Virus record (IMG/VR): IMGVR_UViG_3300013212_000061
Coordinates: 1-64,000 of that record
DNA: 64,000 nucleotides
Direction: 5' to 3' (one strand)
From: a virus
Taxonomy: Duplodnaviria > Caudoviricetes
Part shown: positions 1 through 9,407 of the stretch, piece after piece
How the letters are laid out: the number at the start of each line of letters is the position of its first letter
Position numbering within the stretch: position 1 is the first letter of the stretch
Program-made: the position numbers and the translations under genes
The notes under the pieces: generated by a model
Databases searched by the model: none
The model's input: only the letters and a program-made list of their open reading frames with translations
Told to the model about the DNA's origin: nothing

Positions 1-267
1 GAAGAGTACATGATTTCTAACATGGGTAAATCTGATTTCGAAGAACTTAAAAATTGGTGGGAATCAAACGTAGCAGAATCAGTAGTTACTGAAGCTGAAG
101 TTAAATCTGACGAGGAATTTAAAGAATATGCAATGACTGTTTTAAAGAAAGCATTCGGAGATGACTTTGATGAGACTAAAGCTGGAGAAGTAGTAGATGG
201 TATTCTTAAAAAATGTGACGGAGACTATGGAGCATGTGTTGGAATGTTAACGAGCTCTTTAGGATAA
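1..267 (+). CDS. 3' part of a putative head-internal (poly)protein; frame is open from the window edge
   Basis: Frame of ORF 10..267 is open to base 1; acidic, with an ESVVTE linker typical of the head-protein family in this window. Confidence 0.6.
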   Translation, partial: EEYMISNMGKSDFEELKNWWESNVAESVVTEAEVKSDEEFKEYAMTVLKKAFGDDFDETKAGEVVDGILKKCDGDYGACVGMLTSSLG

Positions 268-539
268 TCAGTTGTTACTGAAGCATTTGATGCAAACTAT
301 TGGGAAGATTACCATGAAGATGCCCCAAAAATTAACAAAACAATCCAAGCGGAATTCAACTACAACAAGAAGTAGAAGCTGCTGTTGAGGAGTAGAATGA
401 TAACAACGAAATGGGTGAAGAAAACGAGGTAACACCTGCTAGAGAAAAGACAGTCTTAAAATTGGCAAAAGAATACGTTAAAGCAAAAGGATATATTTGT
501 CACGACGTTATCGACGCAATGATTATGCAGGAATCTTAA
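268..539 (+). pseudogene. Decayed C-terminal module of the preceding protein
   Basis: After LG-TAA the frame reads SVVTEAFDANYWEDYHE (TAA probably ex-GAA, restoring ESVVTEA). A frameshift near 340 and an in-frame TAG follow, ending ...DAMIMQES*. Confidence 0.55.
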
Positions 540-556
540 AAATAATCTAAATAAAT

Positions 557-589
557 AATACCTGATGTTTTACCATGCCAGGTATTTTT
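557..589 (+). terminator. Intrinsic terminator overlapping an early-type promoter
   Basis: AATACCTG...CAGGTATT followed by T run. Confidence 0.5.
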
Positions 590-601
590 ATTATATTTAC
601 A
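576..601 (+). promoter_or_regulatory. Class A (host-RNAP/early-type) promoter TGYC-N11-TTATATTTACA
   Basis: Same motif and spacing at 9454-9479 and 48458-48483. Confidence 0.6.
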
Positions 602-603
602 CT

Positions 604-876
604 ATGAAACATATTAACTTATTTGAAGACTTCTTAAATGAATCTGACTATGCAGAAGCAAGGGCTGACCTTTCGCTAAAGGCATCCGATCTACTCGCAA
701 AAAGAAAAGAACTTAGAAATAAAGTTAATAACCTTAATCAAAATGCAGATGACCCAAAATCTGCAATTCAAGCCCAAATAGCAACCCTTAAAATGCAGGC
801 TCTGGATCTTGATAATCAAAAAATAAGAATCAATTCTAATATACTTGATTTAAGTAAAAAATTAGAAAGTTTATAA
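604..876 (+). CDS. Small coiled-coil protein with capsid-targeting-like N-terminus
   Basis: Likely start ATG 604: MKHINLFEDFLNES. Confidence 0.7.
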   Translation: MKHINLFEDFLNESDYAEARADLSLKASDLLAKRKELRNKVNNLNQNADDPKSAIQAQIATLKMQALDLDNQKIRINSNILDLSKKLESL

Positions 877-878
877 CT

Positions 879-2168
879 ATGAAAACCAAAATCCTTAATT
901 TTAATCAGTTCATAACTGAAAGGTATGAAGTTAAATTGAATAAGCAATTGTTATTAGAGGGTGGAGCAGCCGGACATATGTCCCATCCATTCGATAATAA
1001 TGACCTAACATTTGGAGACTTCAAGAATATGATTATTGGTGGACTTCAAGGTGAACTAAACTTTGAAGAGGAACCTACTGAAAAAACCGACGGTCAAAAC
1101 GTATTTGCAACTATTCAAAATGGTGAGGTTAAATTTGCCAGAAATAAAACTGAGTTGCAAAACCCTATGAGTCTTAAGGATTTCCAAAATAAATTTGAGG
1201 GACATGCAAGTAAACTGGTACAAGATACTTTTCAATTTGCAGCCGCTGATTTAGCAACCCTGCTCATAAAGTTACCGGCAAAAACACAAGAGGAAGTGTT
1301 CCAGAATGGGCTGAACTTCATGAATATGGAGTTGATATATTCTGCAAACCCTAATGTAATTCACTATGATGTTGATGTAATTCAATTCCATGGTATCAAG
1401 AAGACTGATGGAGCTGGAAATATAGTTGGAGATGACAATAACGCGGCAAAAAGTGTTAGTGGAGTTCTTAAATCTTTAAACGCTGATGTTGGAAAAACAT
1501 TTACAATAATTCCACCGCAAGTTATTAAACTACAAAAAGATATAAATTTTGAAGAGAATCAGTCTAAATTCTTAGGAAAACTTGATGCTCTTAAAAATCG
1601 ATATAATTTAACTGATGCTGATGCAGTTGCCCGCTACCATGAAATGTGGTGGAGAGAACAAATTGAAGCAGCATTCGGTGACCTACCACAAAATATTAAA
1701 GAGGGACTATTATTAAGATGGGCTTATGACGACAAGAAAACCCTAAATATGCGTTCATTAGACAAAGAATTAACTCCAGCACAGGCTGAAGCAGTTAAGA
1801 AGTTTGACAAAGAGGACGTTAAAAAGAAATTCAAAGAAAACATCCGCCCATTTGAAGACCTATTCTTAGAATTGGGAAGTGTTATCTTAAAGAATGCTAG
1901 TAATTTTGTTGCTGCCTCTCCAGATAAAGAAATGCAAAGGCTACATAACGAAATTAGAACTGAAGCCGACAAGATTAAATTAAATGGAGATGTAACTCAA
2001 ATCGAAAAGGTTGCAAAAGAACTTGATAGACTTGAAAGAATTGGAGGAATCCAATCTATTATACCGACTGAAGGTATTGTATTTTCATACAAAGGACACA
2101 TGTACAAATTAACAGGAACATTCGCTGCAATAAATTCACTACTAGGTATTATTAAATATGGAAGATAA
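879..2168 (+). CDS. RNA/DNA-ligase-fold nucleotidyltransferase-like protein (DUF6267-like), putative virion-packaged
   Basis: TEKTDGQN (KxDG motif I), ARNK, NMEL, EGIVF (motif IV), YKLT (motif V); GGAAGHMSHPFD; N-terminal ILNFNQFITE. Confidence 0.6.
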   Translation: MKTKILNFNQFITERYEVKLNKQLLLEGGAAGHMSHPFDNNDLTFGDFKNMIIGGLQGELNFEEEPTEKTDGQNVFATIQNGEVKFARNKTELQNPMSLKDFQNKFEGHASKLVQDTFQFAAADLATLLIKLPAKTQEEVFQNGLNFMNMELIYSANPNVIHYDVDVIQFHGIKKTDGAGNIVGDDNNAAKSVSGVLKSLNADVGKTFTIIPPQVIKLQKDINFEENQSKFLGKLDALKNRYNLTDADAVARYHEMWWREQIEAAFGDLPQNIKEGLLLRWAYDDKKTLNMRSLDKELTPAQAEAVKKFDKEDVKKKFKENIRPFEDLFLELGSVILKNASNFVAASPDKEMQRLHNEIRTEADKIKLNGDVTQIEKVAKELDRLERIGGIQSIIPTEGIVFSYKGHMYKLTGTFAAINSLLGIIKYGR

Positions 2169-2169
2169 A

Positions 2170-2235
2170 ATGAAACACATAAAATTATTTGAAGAGTTTG
2201 TTGAAGCTGAACTTAATGAATCAACAATTAATTAA
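2170..2235 (+). CDS. Leader-only 21-aa peptide MKHIKLFEEFVEAELNESTIN
   Basis: ATG 2170 directly follows the previous stop and encodes only the shared N-terminal motif. Confidence 0.5.
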   Translation: MKHIKLFEEFVEAELNESTIN

Positions 2236-2248
2236 TAAAAACAAAGAG

Positions 2249-4120
2249 ATGGCACTACAAAAATTAAGAGAGTATTTTAACGAAACCAATAGAGAAACCT
2301 TTATTGATATGTTAAAAAATAGGGTGTTAGTAACTGAGAAGGTTGCAGCTCCCACATTTCTTGTTAAAAGAAATCTTGATGGGTTTGAATATTTTAAATC
2401 TTCAAATTCAGACAAATTAAATCTAATTGATAGAACTATTATCTCCCTATATGAGATTGCAATCAATTACATGCAAAGTTTGCCAAGTGGAACTAAAAAC
2501 CAAATGCCAATTGATTGGAGATTTGGATTTGAATACCTACCTGAAGTTAAAGCATCTAAAATTAAATACGAAAGAACTCCAAAAAATAACCTGATCTTGA
2601 CTCACATTCAACAAATGGGAGAGGGCAATAAGGTTAAGAAAACTATAAATGACCCAGTTATTCTAAACAAATGGGCTAAAATTCTTGATGTTCAACCGCC
2701 AAGCATCTTATTTGACGGTTACCTATCTCAACTGCAGCGAGATGAACTATTAGAATTATTGTCAATGAGTGATAGACAATTTAGTGAATCATTCGACTAT
2801 TTAGAAGAAACAAAAGACAAATTAAGTTTTACTAGTAGAATTATTAAACTTTTTAATCCTAGCGCCTTTGAAACTGCCCTAAATCCTGACATTGATGCAG
2901 AATTTGATGGATTGGTTGTTAATTTTATTGATGAAAAATCTATAAAATCTTTTAAATTAGAAGATTTTATCAGAAAGTCTACTGTTGATAACTCTTCAAG
3001 CCACACGTATCAAATTGCAGTGACGGATTTCTTAGAATTTGCAACTCAATTTAAAATTGATGAAGTTCAATTAGAAGACGAAAGAGCTGACTACAGATAT
3101 CTTAAAATAATGTCAATAATGTTTAATGAATATGTTGACAAGAACTCATCTAAATATATTGGAGTTAATTTTGAAAGCGCTGAATTTTCATCAGCACAGT
3201 CTTTTAAATTAAATACAAAATATATTACCGATGAAAAGACACTTAAATATACGTCAAATGATATTTTAGCTGAACTACTAAAAATGGTTTTAAGTTCTTT
3301 TAGAAAGAAACGAACTAAGACTTCAGATTTAATAGATAAGGACACTATGGCACGCCTAAATGAAATCATCGAAAAAATTAATAAGAAAATATTTGTGGAA
3401 AGTACAGAAGAAAATGCAATATATGACTATCAAAACTTTATGTTGCGTGATAAAATAAAATCTTCAGTTAACCTAAACGAGGCGCTTAAACTTACACATG
3501 TTGAACAAGGAAAACAGCCAGTAAATATGTTTGTTGGGCGATTCCAGCCATTTACACTTGGACACGCTAAAGTTTTAGAGACTATTCATAAAGAGAATGG
3601 CTACCCAGTAGTTGTATTTCTTGTTAAAGCAAAAACCAAAAAGAAAGGTGATGAATTTAGCAGACCGTACGACGAAAAGACACAAATTGAAATGTTTAAA
3701 AACGTTCAAAAACAATATTCATTCCTTAAAGAGATATATGTAATTCCAACCGGAGGTATCGATATTATGTTTAATGAAATGAGACCTAAATACGAACCAG
3801 TACTTTGGGGAACGGGAAGTGATAGAATGACAAGTTATGGTTATCAAGTTAATAATGACGCTTACAGAGATCAATTAAACTGTAGAGCTGATTTTGGACT
3901 TTTTGAAATTCCAAGAACCGACGATGATATTTCGGCTACCGCAGTCCGAAATGCCCTATTAGACGGTGATGAGAAACTATTCAACAATTTAACGCCAAAG
4001 GCAGTTCATTCGATGTATAATGAACTTAAATCTAAAATTGAAGATGCTATGGGAGTAGTTGCTGAAGGATTTACCAATGAGATTATGACATTCAAACAAT
4101 ATATTAACAAAGATATATAA
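2249..4120 (+). CDS. Degenerate ligase-like N-domain fused to a HIGH-superfamily nucleotidyltransferase (cytidylyltransferase/NadM-like)
   Basis: Likely start ATG 2249. N-part: TEKVAAP, FGFEY, FDGLVV. C-part after LNE: GRFQPFTLGH, GSDR, ISATAVR. Confidence 0.7.
   Translation: MALQKLREYFNETNRETFIDMLKNRVLVTEKVAAPTFLVKRNLDGFEYFKSSNSDKLNLIDRTIISLYEIAINYMQSLPSGTKNQMPIDWRFGFEYLPEVKASKIKYERTPKNNLILTHIQQMGEGNKVKKTINDPVILNKWAKILDVQPPSILFDGYLSQLQRDELLELLSMSDRQFSESFDYLEETKDKLSFTSRIIKLFNPSAFETALNPDIDAEFDGLVVNFIDEKSIKSFKLEDFIRKSTVDNSSSHTYQIAVTDFLEFATQFKIDEVQLEDERADYRYLKIMSIMFNEYVDKNSSKYIGVNFESAEFSSAQSFKLNTKYITDEKTLKYTSNDILAELLKMVLSSFRKKRTKTSDLIDKDTMARLNEIIEKINKKIFVESTEENAIYDYQNFMLRDKIKSSVNLNEALKLTHVEQGKQPVNMFVGRFQPFTLGHAKVLETIHKENGYPVVVFLVKAKTKKKGDEFSRPYDEKTQIEMFKNVQKQYSFLKEIYVIPTGGIDIMFNEMRPKYEPVLWGTGSDRMTSYGYQVNNDAYRDQLNCRADFGLFEIPRTDDDISATAVRNALLDGDEKLFNNLTPKAVHSMYNELKSKIEDAMGVVAEGFTNEIMTFKQYINKDI
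4112..4120 (+). promoter_or_regulatory. Class C late promoter GATATATAA
   Basis: Motif recurs just upstream of about 17 late/structural genes. Confidence 0.65.
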
Positions 4121-4143
4121 ACATAAATAAATATAGAAATCCT

Positions 4144-5685
4144 ATGAATTTTAATGAATTCCTAAATGAAGGTAGTACTTTAATTAAAGAATCAGTAGTT
4201 AATAAAAGAAACATCACAATCAAAAGACAATATACTGATAAAAATCCTGCAATTACTGTAGGTAAAGCAGCTAACGTTCGTAACAGAATGCTAGAAGCTA
4301 TTAAAGATGGTAAACTTTCTCAAGAAGATTTTAATAATATTCTTAAAGAAATGACCACAGATTCTAAAAGATGGTTGAGAAGAAACGCTCAGTATTTTAA
4401 TGTATCTGAAGACGGAATTACCCTATCAAAAACAGGTTCAAGAATCCTTAAAAATGTTATGGTTTCCGAAGCAACTACAAAGGCACCAAAGATTTGGGTT
4501 CCTGGAGGATTTGATAAAGAAATTTCAAAATACCCAAATAGTAAAATTACTAGAAAAAACGTATTTGATGCGGCACTTAAATGGGATGTTAATCCTGAAG
4601 AAGCAATTTCTTACGTAGAATATGGTTGGGCAGTAAACTTAAGCGAAAACAAAAACGATATGAAAACAAAATTTATTTACGAATCTTTTACAGAATTTGT
4701 TAAAAACCGGTTAAACGAAGGTAACTTAAACGAGGCATTTAAAAGTGCTAAATTGGCTAATCTTTTTGCAGTAGGAAGTGCCGGTACTAAAAACCTTGCA
4801 GGAGCATTCTATAACTTCTCAAAACTTGCAATTGACCAAATTCAAGACTATGATATTATTGAAATGGACCCTCAAACTGCCCGTAAAGAAAAAAGAGCTA
4901 ATGGTATTTACTTTTATGTAGTAACTAATCAAAAGACAAATCCATTCGCTGAAACTAGTAACCCATCAACTTGGAATAATGGACTTATTCAATCAAATAC
5001 TCTATTAGCAATAACAAGTGGGCAAAACGAATGGTACTCAACCGCTTATAGTAAATACGCAGGAGGTACTGAAACTTTAAAAATTACTAAAACAAGAGAG
5101 GATGCATCTGGATTTGATAAAAGAGACAGTAAAAGATATGATGGTTCTGGAATTACATCTCTTACCAAAGTAGCTGAATTGGCCGATATTGCATATGTTA
5201 TTGACTTAGACGTTCTTAAGGCGCGCTATTCTACAGCATCATTAGTATCAAAAAGAGCTGCAGATAAAAGTGGAGCTACTGCCTTTCAAAACGACAAAGA
5301 TTTTAAAGCGGCAAACAAGGCGCGTTATAACGAAATCTTAGCCCAAAAAGCATCTGAACTTCCAATGGATTCACTTGTATTAGGGGCTATTGATACTCTT
5401 GCTACTCAAATCAAAGATGCCTTAACTAAAGGTGAAAAAGGAAGATATGGAGAACTTATTGTTGGATTAGACCCTAAAGGTAGAGAAATCAAAATGAGTG
5501 ATGCATCTAACCTAATGAGAAACATCCTAGACGAGTACAATAGATACGTTGGATACGCTGTTGAATCTGAAAAAGAAGTTTCAACTGGATATAGTGGAAA
5601 ATTCTACGAAGATAGAATAAAAGAAAGTGCTAAAACAATCACTGATTACGTTAAGAAAGTAGACGCTAAAAATTACGCTTGGTAA
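4144..5685 (+). CDS. Putative head-internal polyprotein
   Basis: MNFNEFLNE start; second internal motif MKTKFIYESFTEFVKNRLNEGNLNE at ATG 4660. Confidence 0.65.
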   Translation: MNFNEFLNEGSTLIKESVVNKRNITIKRQYTDKNPAITVGKAANVRNRMLEAIKDGKLSQEDFNNILKEMTTDSKRWLRRNAQYFNVSEDGITLSKTGSRILKNVMVSEATTKAPKIWVPGGFDKEISKYPNSKITRKNVFDAALKWDVNPEEAISYVEYGWAVNLSENKNDMKTKFIYESFTEFVKNRLNEGNLNEAFKSAKLANLFAVGSAGTKNLAGAFYNFSKLAIDQIQDYDIIEMDPQTARKEKRANGIYFYVVTNQKTNPFAETSNPSTWNNGLIQSNTLLAITSGQNEWYSTAYSKYAGGTETLKITKTREDASGFDKRDSKRYDGSGITSLTKVAELADIAYVIDLDVLKARYSTASLVSKRAADKSGATAFQNDKDFKAANKARYNEILAQKASELPMDSLVLGAIDTLATQIKDALTKGEKGRYGELIVGLDPKGREIKMSDASNLMRNILDEYNRYVGYAVESEKEVSTGYSGKFYEDRIKESAKTITDYVKKVDAKNYAW

Positions 5686-5686
5686 A

Positions 5687-6202
5687 ATGAAACATATAAA
5701 ACTATTTAAACAATTTGTAAATGAATCTCTAAATGAAGGATTTTTGGTTGACATTAAAGATATTCACTTTGAAACAGATCCTGATAAACAAGAGCAACTT
5801 AAAAGGGCTTACGGTAAAAGTACTGGAGCAATGTCTACAAAGTCTCAAATAGAGTCTGCTGATTATGCTCTTGCTAAATTTAGAAGAGAAATTAAATATG
5901 ACAATGGCAAGTCAGGTAGTGAAGGTATTACCGACGTATTTATTCCAGGTTCATCAATGGCCGCATTCTCTACAATGGGAGATGGTCCCCATAAAAAAGC
6001 AATCAAGGCTAAAAAATGGAACCAAAAAGAATACAATCAATGGATTGAAGATATGGCCGGAAACGGAGGAGCAGAAAATGCATACGATATGGCACAAAAT
6101 GCTAAATTTGAACCGGGACTTATTGATTGGGTTAAGAAAAATGTAGCGTATGGCGAAAAACCCCTAGACCGAATTCAATACGATATTGAAGCATATTCAT
6201 AA
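5687..6202 (+). CDS. Putative head-internal protein
   Basis: MKHIKLFKQFVNESLNE start. Confidence 0.65.
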   Translation: MKHIKLFKQFVNESLNEGFLVDIKDIHFETDPDKQEQLKRAYGKSTGAMSTKSQIESADYALAKFRREIKYDNGKSGSEGITDVFIPGSSMAAFSTMGDGPHKKAIKAKKWNQKEYNQWIEDMAGNGGAENAYDMAQNAKFEPGLIDWVKKNVAYGEKPLDRIQYDIEAYS

Positions 6203-6216
6203 CAAAATAAAATATT

Positions 6217-6684
6217 ATGAAAAAATTATACATCTTATTGTTTTTATTATTAACATTTGTTGGGACTTCACAGAACCAACAAGCTACAACCATTAAAAAG
6301 GAATCTAATTCCCCTGGATTAATATGTTCTAATGAGAATAAAGATAAATGGTTTGCAATAATACCACATTTTGGAGAATACAATGGCATCTCTATACAAA
6401 ATTACCTAACAACGTTAAAATTAAATATTGGTAAATGCAGCAAAAGAGACGCAATAAGATTTACTTTTACTGATGGTAAATATATGACGATTCGATCAAA
6501 TATAGAATTAACATGCGAAGTACCAACAGAAATAACATTCCCTTTAAATCCAGTTCAATTGGCAGTTTTAGAAATGAAATCTATTAAATACATAAGATAT
6601 ACTAATGGAAATGATGGAAGCAATTTTTTATATTTGACAACAGAAGATAATAAAGACTATTTTAAACTTATATTAAAGAAATAA
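6217..6684 (+). CDS. Secreted/periplasmic protein with Sec signal peptide
   Basis: MKKLYILLFLLLTFVGTS-Q; several Cys. Confidence 0.65.
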   Translation: MKKLYILLFLLLTFVGTSQNQQATTIKKESNSPGLICSNENKDKWFAIIPHFGEYNGISIQNYLTTLKLNIGKCSKRDAIRFTFTDGKYMTIRSNIELTCEVPTEITFPLNPVQLAVLEMKSIKYIRYTNGNDGSNFLYLTTEDNKDYFKLILKK

Positions 6685-6689
6685 ACTAT

Positions 6690-7301
6690 ATGAAACACGT
6701 TAAAGAAGGAGAAGACCATGAGGTTGGAATGGCAATGAGTCAACTTAATGCAATTTCAAAAGCAGTTGGTGAATTACTTCAAAAAATTGGAAGAGAAGAA
6801 AAGGACTTACCGGGATGGTTGCAAGACCATATTTCACAGTCTTATAATTATATTAAACAGGCAAATGACGGTTATCATGAATTAGATGAGATGGTTTCTC
6901 CTGATAGTATTGGAGACATGGGAGCAACTGCTCTACCTTCACCGACTAAAGTAGGTTCCGGAGACGTTCCAAAGGGAAGAGGAGATGCTAGAGAAGAGGA
7001 GGAAGAGGAAAAGAAGAGACGTAAAGAGTTCTTAAAGAAGTTTAAATCCTTCGAACAATTCATGAATGAATCTGCGCAAAAAATCGTAGATTATAGTAAT
7101 TCTAAAAGTAAAATTTTAGTTGGTTTAAAAACTGATCTTTTGCGAAATATGAAAGAAAGATACGAATATAAAGAAGATGGAGATACCATTTATTTCTTTG
7201 ATAAAAATGGAAATCATTTCGGTACTCTTTTTGATTTAGGTAGTAGATACCAAGAACTTCGACATAATGGCAAATTAGATGATTACGGTTATTTAAAGTA
7301 A
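6690..7301 (+). CDS. Modular putative head protein
   Basis: MKHVKE start, DHEVGMAMSQL...LPGWLQDHI module, poly-E/K linker, internal FKSFEQFMNES. Confidence 0.6.
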   Translation: MKHVKEGEDHEVGMAMSQLNAISKAVGELLQKIGREEKDLPGWLQDHISQSYNYIKQANDGYHELDEMVSPDSIGDMGATALPSPTKVGSGDVPKGRGDAREEEEEEKKRRKEFLKKFKSFEQFMNESAQKIVDYSNSKSKILVGLKTDLLRNMKERYEYKEDGDTIYFFDKNGNHFGTLFDLGSRYQELRHNGKLDDYGYLK

Positions 7302-7316
7302 CAAATAATAAAAATT

Positions 7317-7343
7317 GAAACAATATTCTAAACCTCAGTATAA
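7317..7343 (+). promoter_or_regulatory. Class B promoter GAAAC-N17-TATAA
   Basis: Same spacing at 7605, 9739, 10537, 11920, 22337, 25956, 46649, 63602. Confidence 0.65.
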
Positions 7344-7359
7344 CTACTGAGGTTTTTTT
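7330..7359 (+). terminator. Intrinsic terminator
   Basis: AAACCTCAGTA/TACTGAGGTTT + T run. Confidence 0.7.
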
Positions 7360-7368
7360 AATTTAACA

Positions 7369-7644
7369 ATGATGCACTACTTTTTTAAACCAGACAACTT
7401 TGAAAAATGGTCAGAACTGGCCACTGAAAAAATCTGTGTAACAATTGACGAATGTGCCACACTAAGGCAACTAGAATCAGCCAAACAGATGATCGACACA
7501 TTCATAATGATTACTGCTCTTGAAGACAATATTCAAACAGAGGAGCTAGAATGGATTGTAAATCTATATTGGTTAAGAATAATTTTAAAAAAACAAATTA
7601 TTTTGAAACAAATTAAAAATCCTAAGTATAAACTACGAACTTAA
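7369..7644 (+). CDS. Hypothetical protein
   Basis: ORF behind a class B promoter. Confidence 0.55.
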   Translation: MMHYFFKPDNFEKWSELATEKICVTIDECATLRQLESAKQMIDTFIMITALEDNIQTEELEWIVNLYWLRIILKKQIILKQIKNPKYKLRT

Positions 7645-7655
7645 AAATAAACAAA

Positions 7656-9083
7656 ATGGAATTCTTAGACGCATTAAGACAAGAAGATATGGTAACTGAA
7701 AACGGGATGGCGACAAACTCAACTTCGTTGAATGCATGTGTTGACCTTTTCTTTAACATTGGAGCTATGAGAGGACAAGACAAACAACGTTTGATTGCAA
7801 CGTTCTCTAAAGCATTTAATGAGGACCCTAAGCGCGCTATGAAATTACTTTTCTGGGCCAGAGATGTCCGTGGAGGAGCTGGAGAACGTCAAGTTTTCAA
7901 AGACATTTTAGTTTATTTGGCAGAAAACCATGACTTGGTACTTAAACCAAACTTACATTTAATTTCAGAGTATGGTCGTTGGGATGATTTATTATCTTTA
8001 GCAGGAACATATCTTGAAAAAGATGCATTCACCCTAATTTCAGATGCATTAATCAACGAAAATGGTTTATGTGCTAAATGGATGCCACGTAAAGGAGCTG
8101 TAGCCGAAAAGTTACGTAAATTTACTGGAATGTCCCCAAAACAGTACAGAAAATCTCTTGTAGGTTTAACTAGTGTTGTTGAAACTAAAATGTGTGCTGG
8201 AGACTGGAATTCTATCGACTTCGGTAAATTACCATCAGTCGCTTCAGCAAGATACCAAAAAGCCTTTGGTAAAAATGCATACGAAAGTTATTCAGCGTAC
8301 ATTGCTTCTCTTGTAAAAGGTGAGGCTAAGATTAATGCAGGTGCAGTTTATCCTTACGATATTATTACATCATTAGAACGTGGAAATGCAACCGTAGCAA
8401 ACGAACAATGGAAAGCCTTGCCAAACTATTTGGAAGGTGCAAACGATATGATTTTACCAGTAGTAGACGTTTCAGGTTCTATGTCAAGTCCAGCTGGTGG
8501 AAGTAAAACTGTAACTTGTATGAATGTTGCAATCTCATTGGGTCTTTATATTTCTGAAAGAAATGAAGGTCCTTTCAAAGATGCATTTATTACATTCTCA
8601 AGTAAACCACAGTTACAAGTATTAAGTGGTTCACTGAATGATCGCTACACACAGATGTCGGACTCTGATTGGGGAATGTCAACAGATCTTGAGGCTACAT
8701 TCAAACTGATTTTAAATCAGGCCACTAAGCACAAATTGTCTCAAGACAAAATGCCAAACAAAATCTTAATCCTATCGGATATGGAGTTTAACACGGCAAC
8801 TGGAAGGGGTTATAGAAGAGAAGGAGGTACATGGAATCCAACTGCTCAGCAGTTGATTGAGAAAATGTACAACGACGCAGGTTACAAAATTCCTCAAATT
8901 GTTTACTGGAATATTCAATCCCGAAACGGAGGAGTACCAGTTGCATTTGATGCTAAAGGAACTGCATTAGTTTCAGGATTCTCTCCAGCAATTATGACAA
9001 GTTTACTTGGAGGAGATATTGAATCTCCACAACAAATAATGGATAAAACAATTTTGAGTGAGAGATACGCTCCAATTGTATAA
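7656..9083 (+). CDS. DUF2828-family TROVE/Ro60-like protein with vWA domain
   Basis: RDVRGGAGER, YGRWDDL, CAKWMPR helical region; MIDAS VVDVSGSM, ILSDMEF, YWNI, VSGFSP. Confidence 0.8.
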   Translation: MEFLDALRQEDMVTENGMATNSTSLNACVDLFFNIGAMRGQDKQRLIATFSKAFNEDPKRAMKLLFWARDVRGGAGERQVFKDILVYLAENHDLVLKPNLHLISEYGRWDDLLSLAGTYLEKDAFTLISDALINENGLCAKWMPRKGAVAEKLRKFTGMSPKQYRKSLVGLTSVVETKMCAGDWNSIDFGKLPSVASARYQKAFGKNAYESYSAYIASLVKGEAKINAGAVYPYDIITSLERGNATVANEQWKALPNYLEGANDMILPVVDVSGSMSSPAGGSKTVTCMNVAISLGLYISERNEGPFKDAFITFSSKPQLQVLSGSLNDRYTQMSDSDWGMSTDLEATFKLILNQATKHKLSQDKMPNKILILSDMEFNTATGRGYRREGGTWNPTAQQLIEKMYNDAGYKIPQIVYWNIQSRNGGVPVAFDAKGTALVSGFSPAIMTSLLGGDIESPQQIMDKTILSERYAPIV

Positions 9084-9100
9084 GAATATATAAAGAAAAT

Positions 9101-9156
9101 TGGTTCCTTACAGCAATCCATACAAGCAATTATAAATTACGCAAACATTGGAACCA
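9101..9156 (+). ncRNA. Candidate small RNA unit 1 (terminal stem + UACAGCAA)
   Basis: TGGTTCC(9101-9107)-TTACAGCAA...GGAACCA(9150-9156), just downstream of late promoter GAATATATAA 9084-9093. Confidence 0.5.
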
Positions 9157-9159
9157 GGT

Positions 9160-9396
9160 GGATCGGTACAGCAAAAAGTACAAACACAGCTATGATAGCC
9201 AGATGTATTACAGAGATAGTATCAAGTATAACAGGCAAATGGAAGTTTAACCAGGATAAAAAATGGATCGCAAGTCACACCACCCCAATAGGTAACCGGT
9301 AGGATGGGTCGAAGTTTAGTAGACGCTCGCGAAAGTAAATGCCGAAGACTATAAAATGGGTTATTCCGCCGGGAAGAAAATCACGAAAAACGATCC
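9160..9396 (+). ncRNA. Candidate RNA unit 2 (terminal stem + UACAGCAA), possibly enclosing a 36-codon ORF
   Basis: GGATCG(9160-9165)-GTACAGCAA...CGATCC(9391-9396); GC-richer than flanks; followed by a terminator. Confidence 0.45.
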
Positions 9397-9407
9397 CGTA
9401 ATAATTT

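Noticed and set aside
265-400. Stop-codon reassignment suggested by in-frame TAA/TAG in a protein-like stretch
   Set aside because: Both stop types plus a frameshift occur together, and all core genes are intact in code 11 (gp46 ends in TAG, the SGNH-like gene in TGA); decay is simpler
2189-2248. TTG-started N-terminal extension of the nucleotidyltransferase gene
   Set aside because: Overlaps the leader-only ORF; ATG 2249 has a typical A-rich leader
9100-9400. tRNA, tmRNA or CRISPR mini-array
   Set aside because: No T-arm GTTCRA or CCA cloverleaf, no tmRNA ends, and the shared motif is only 8 nt
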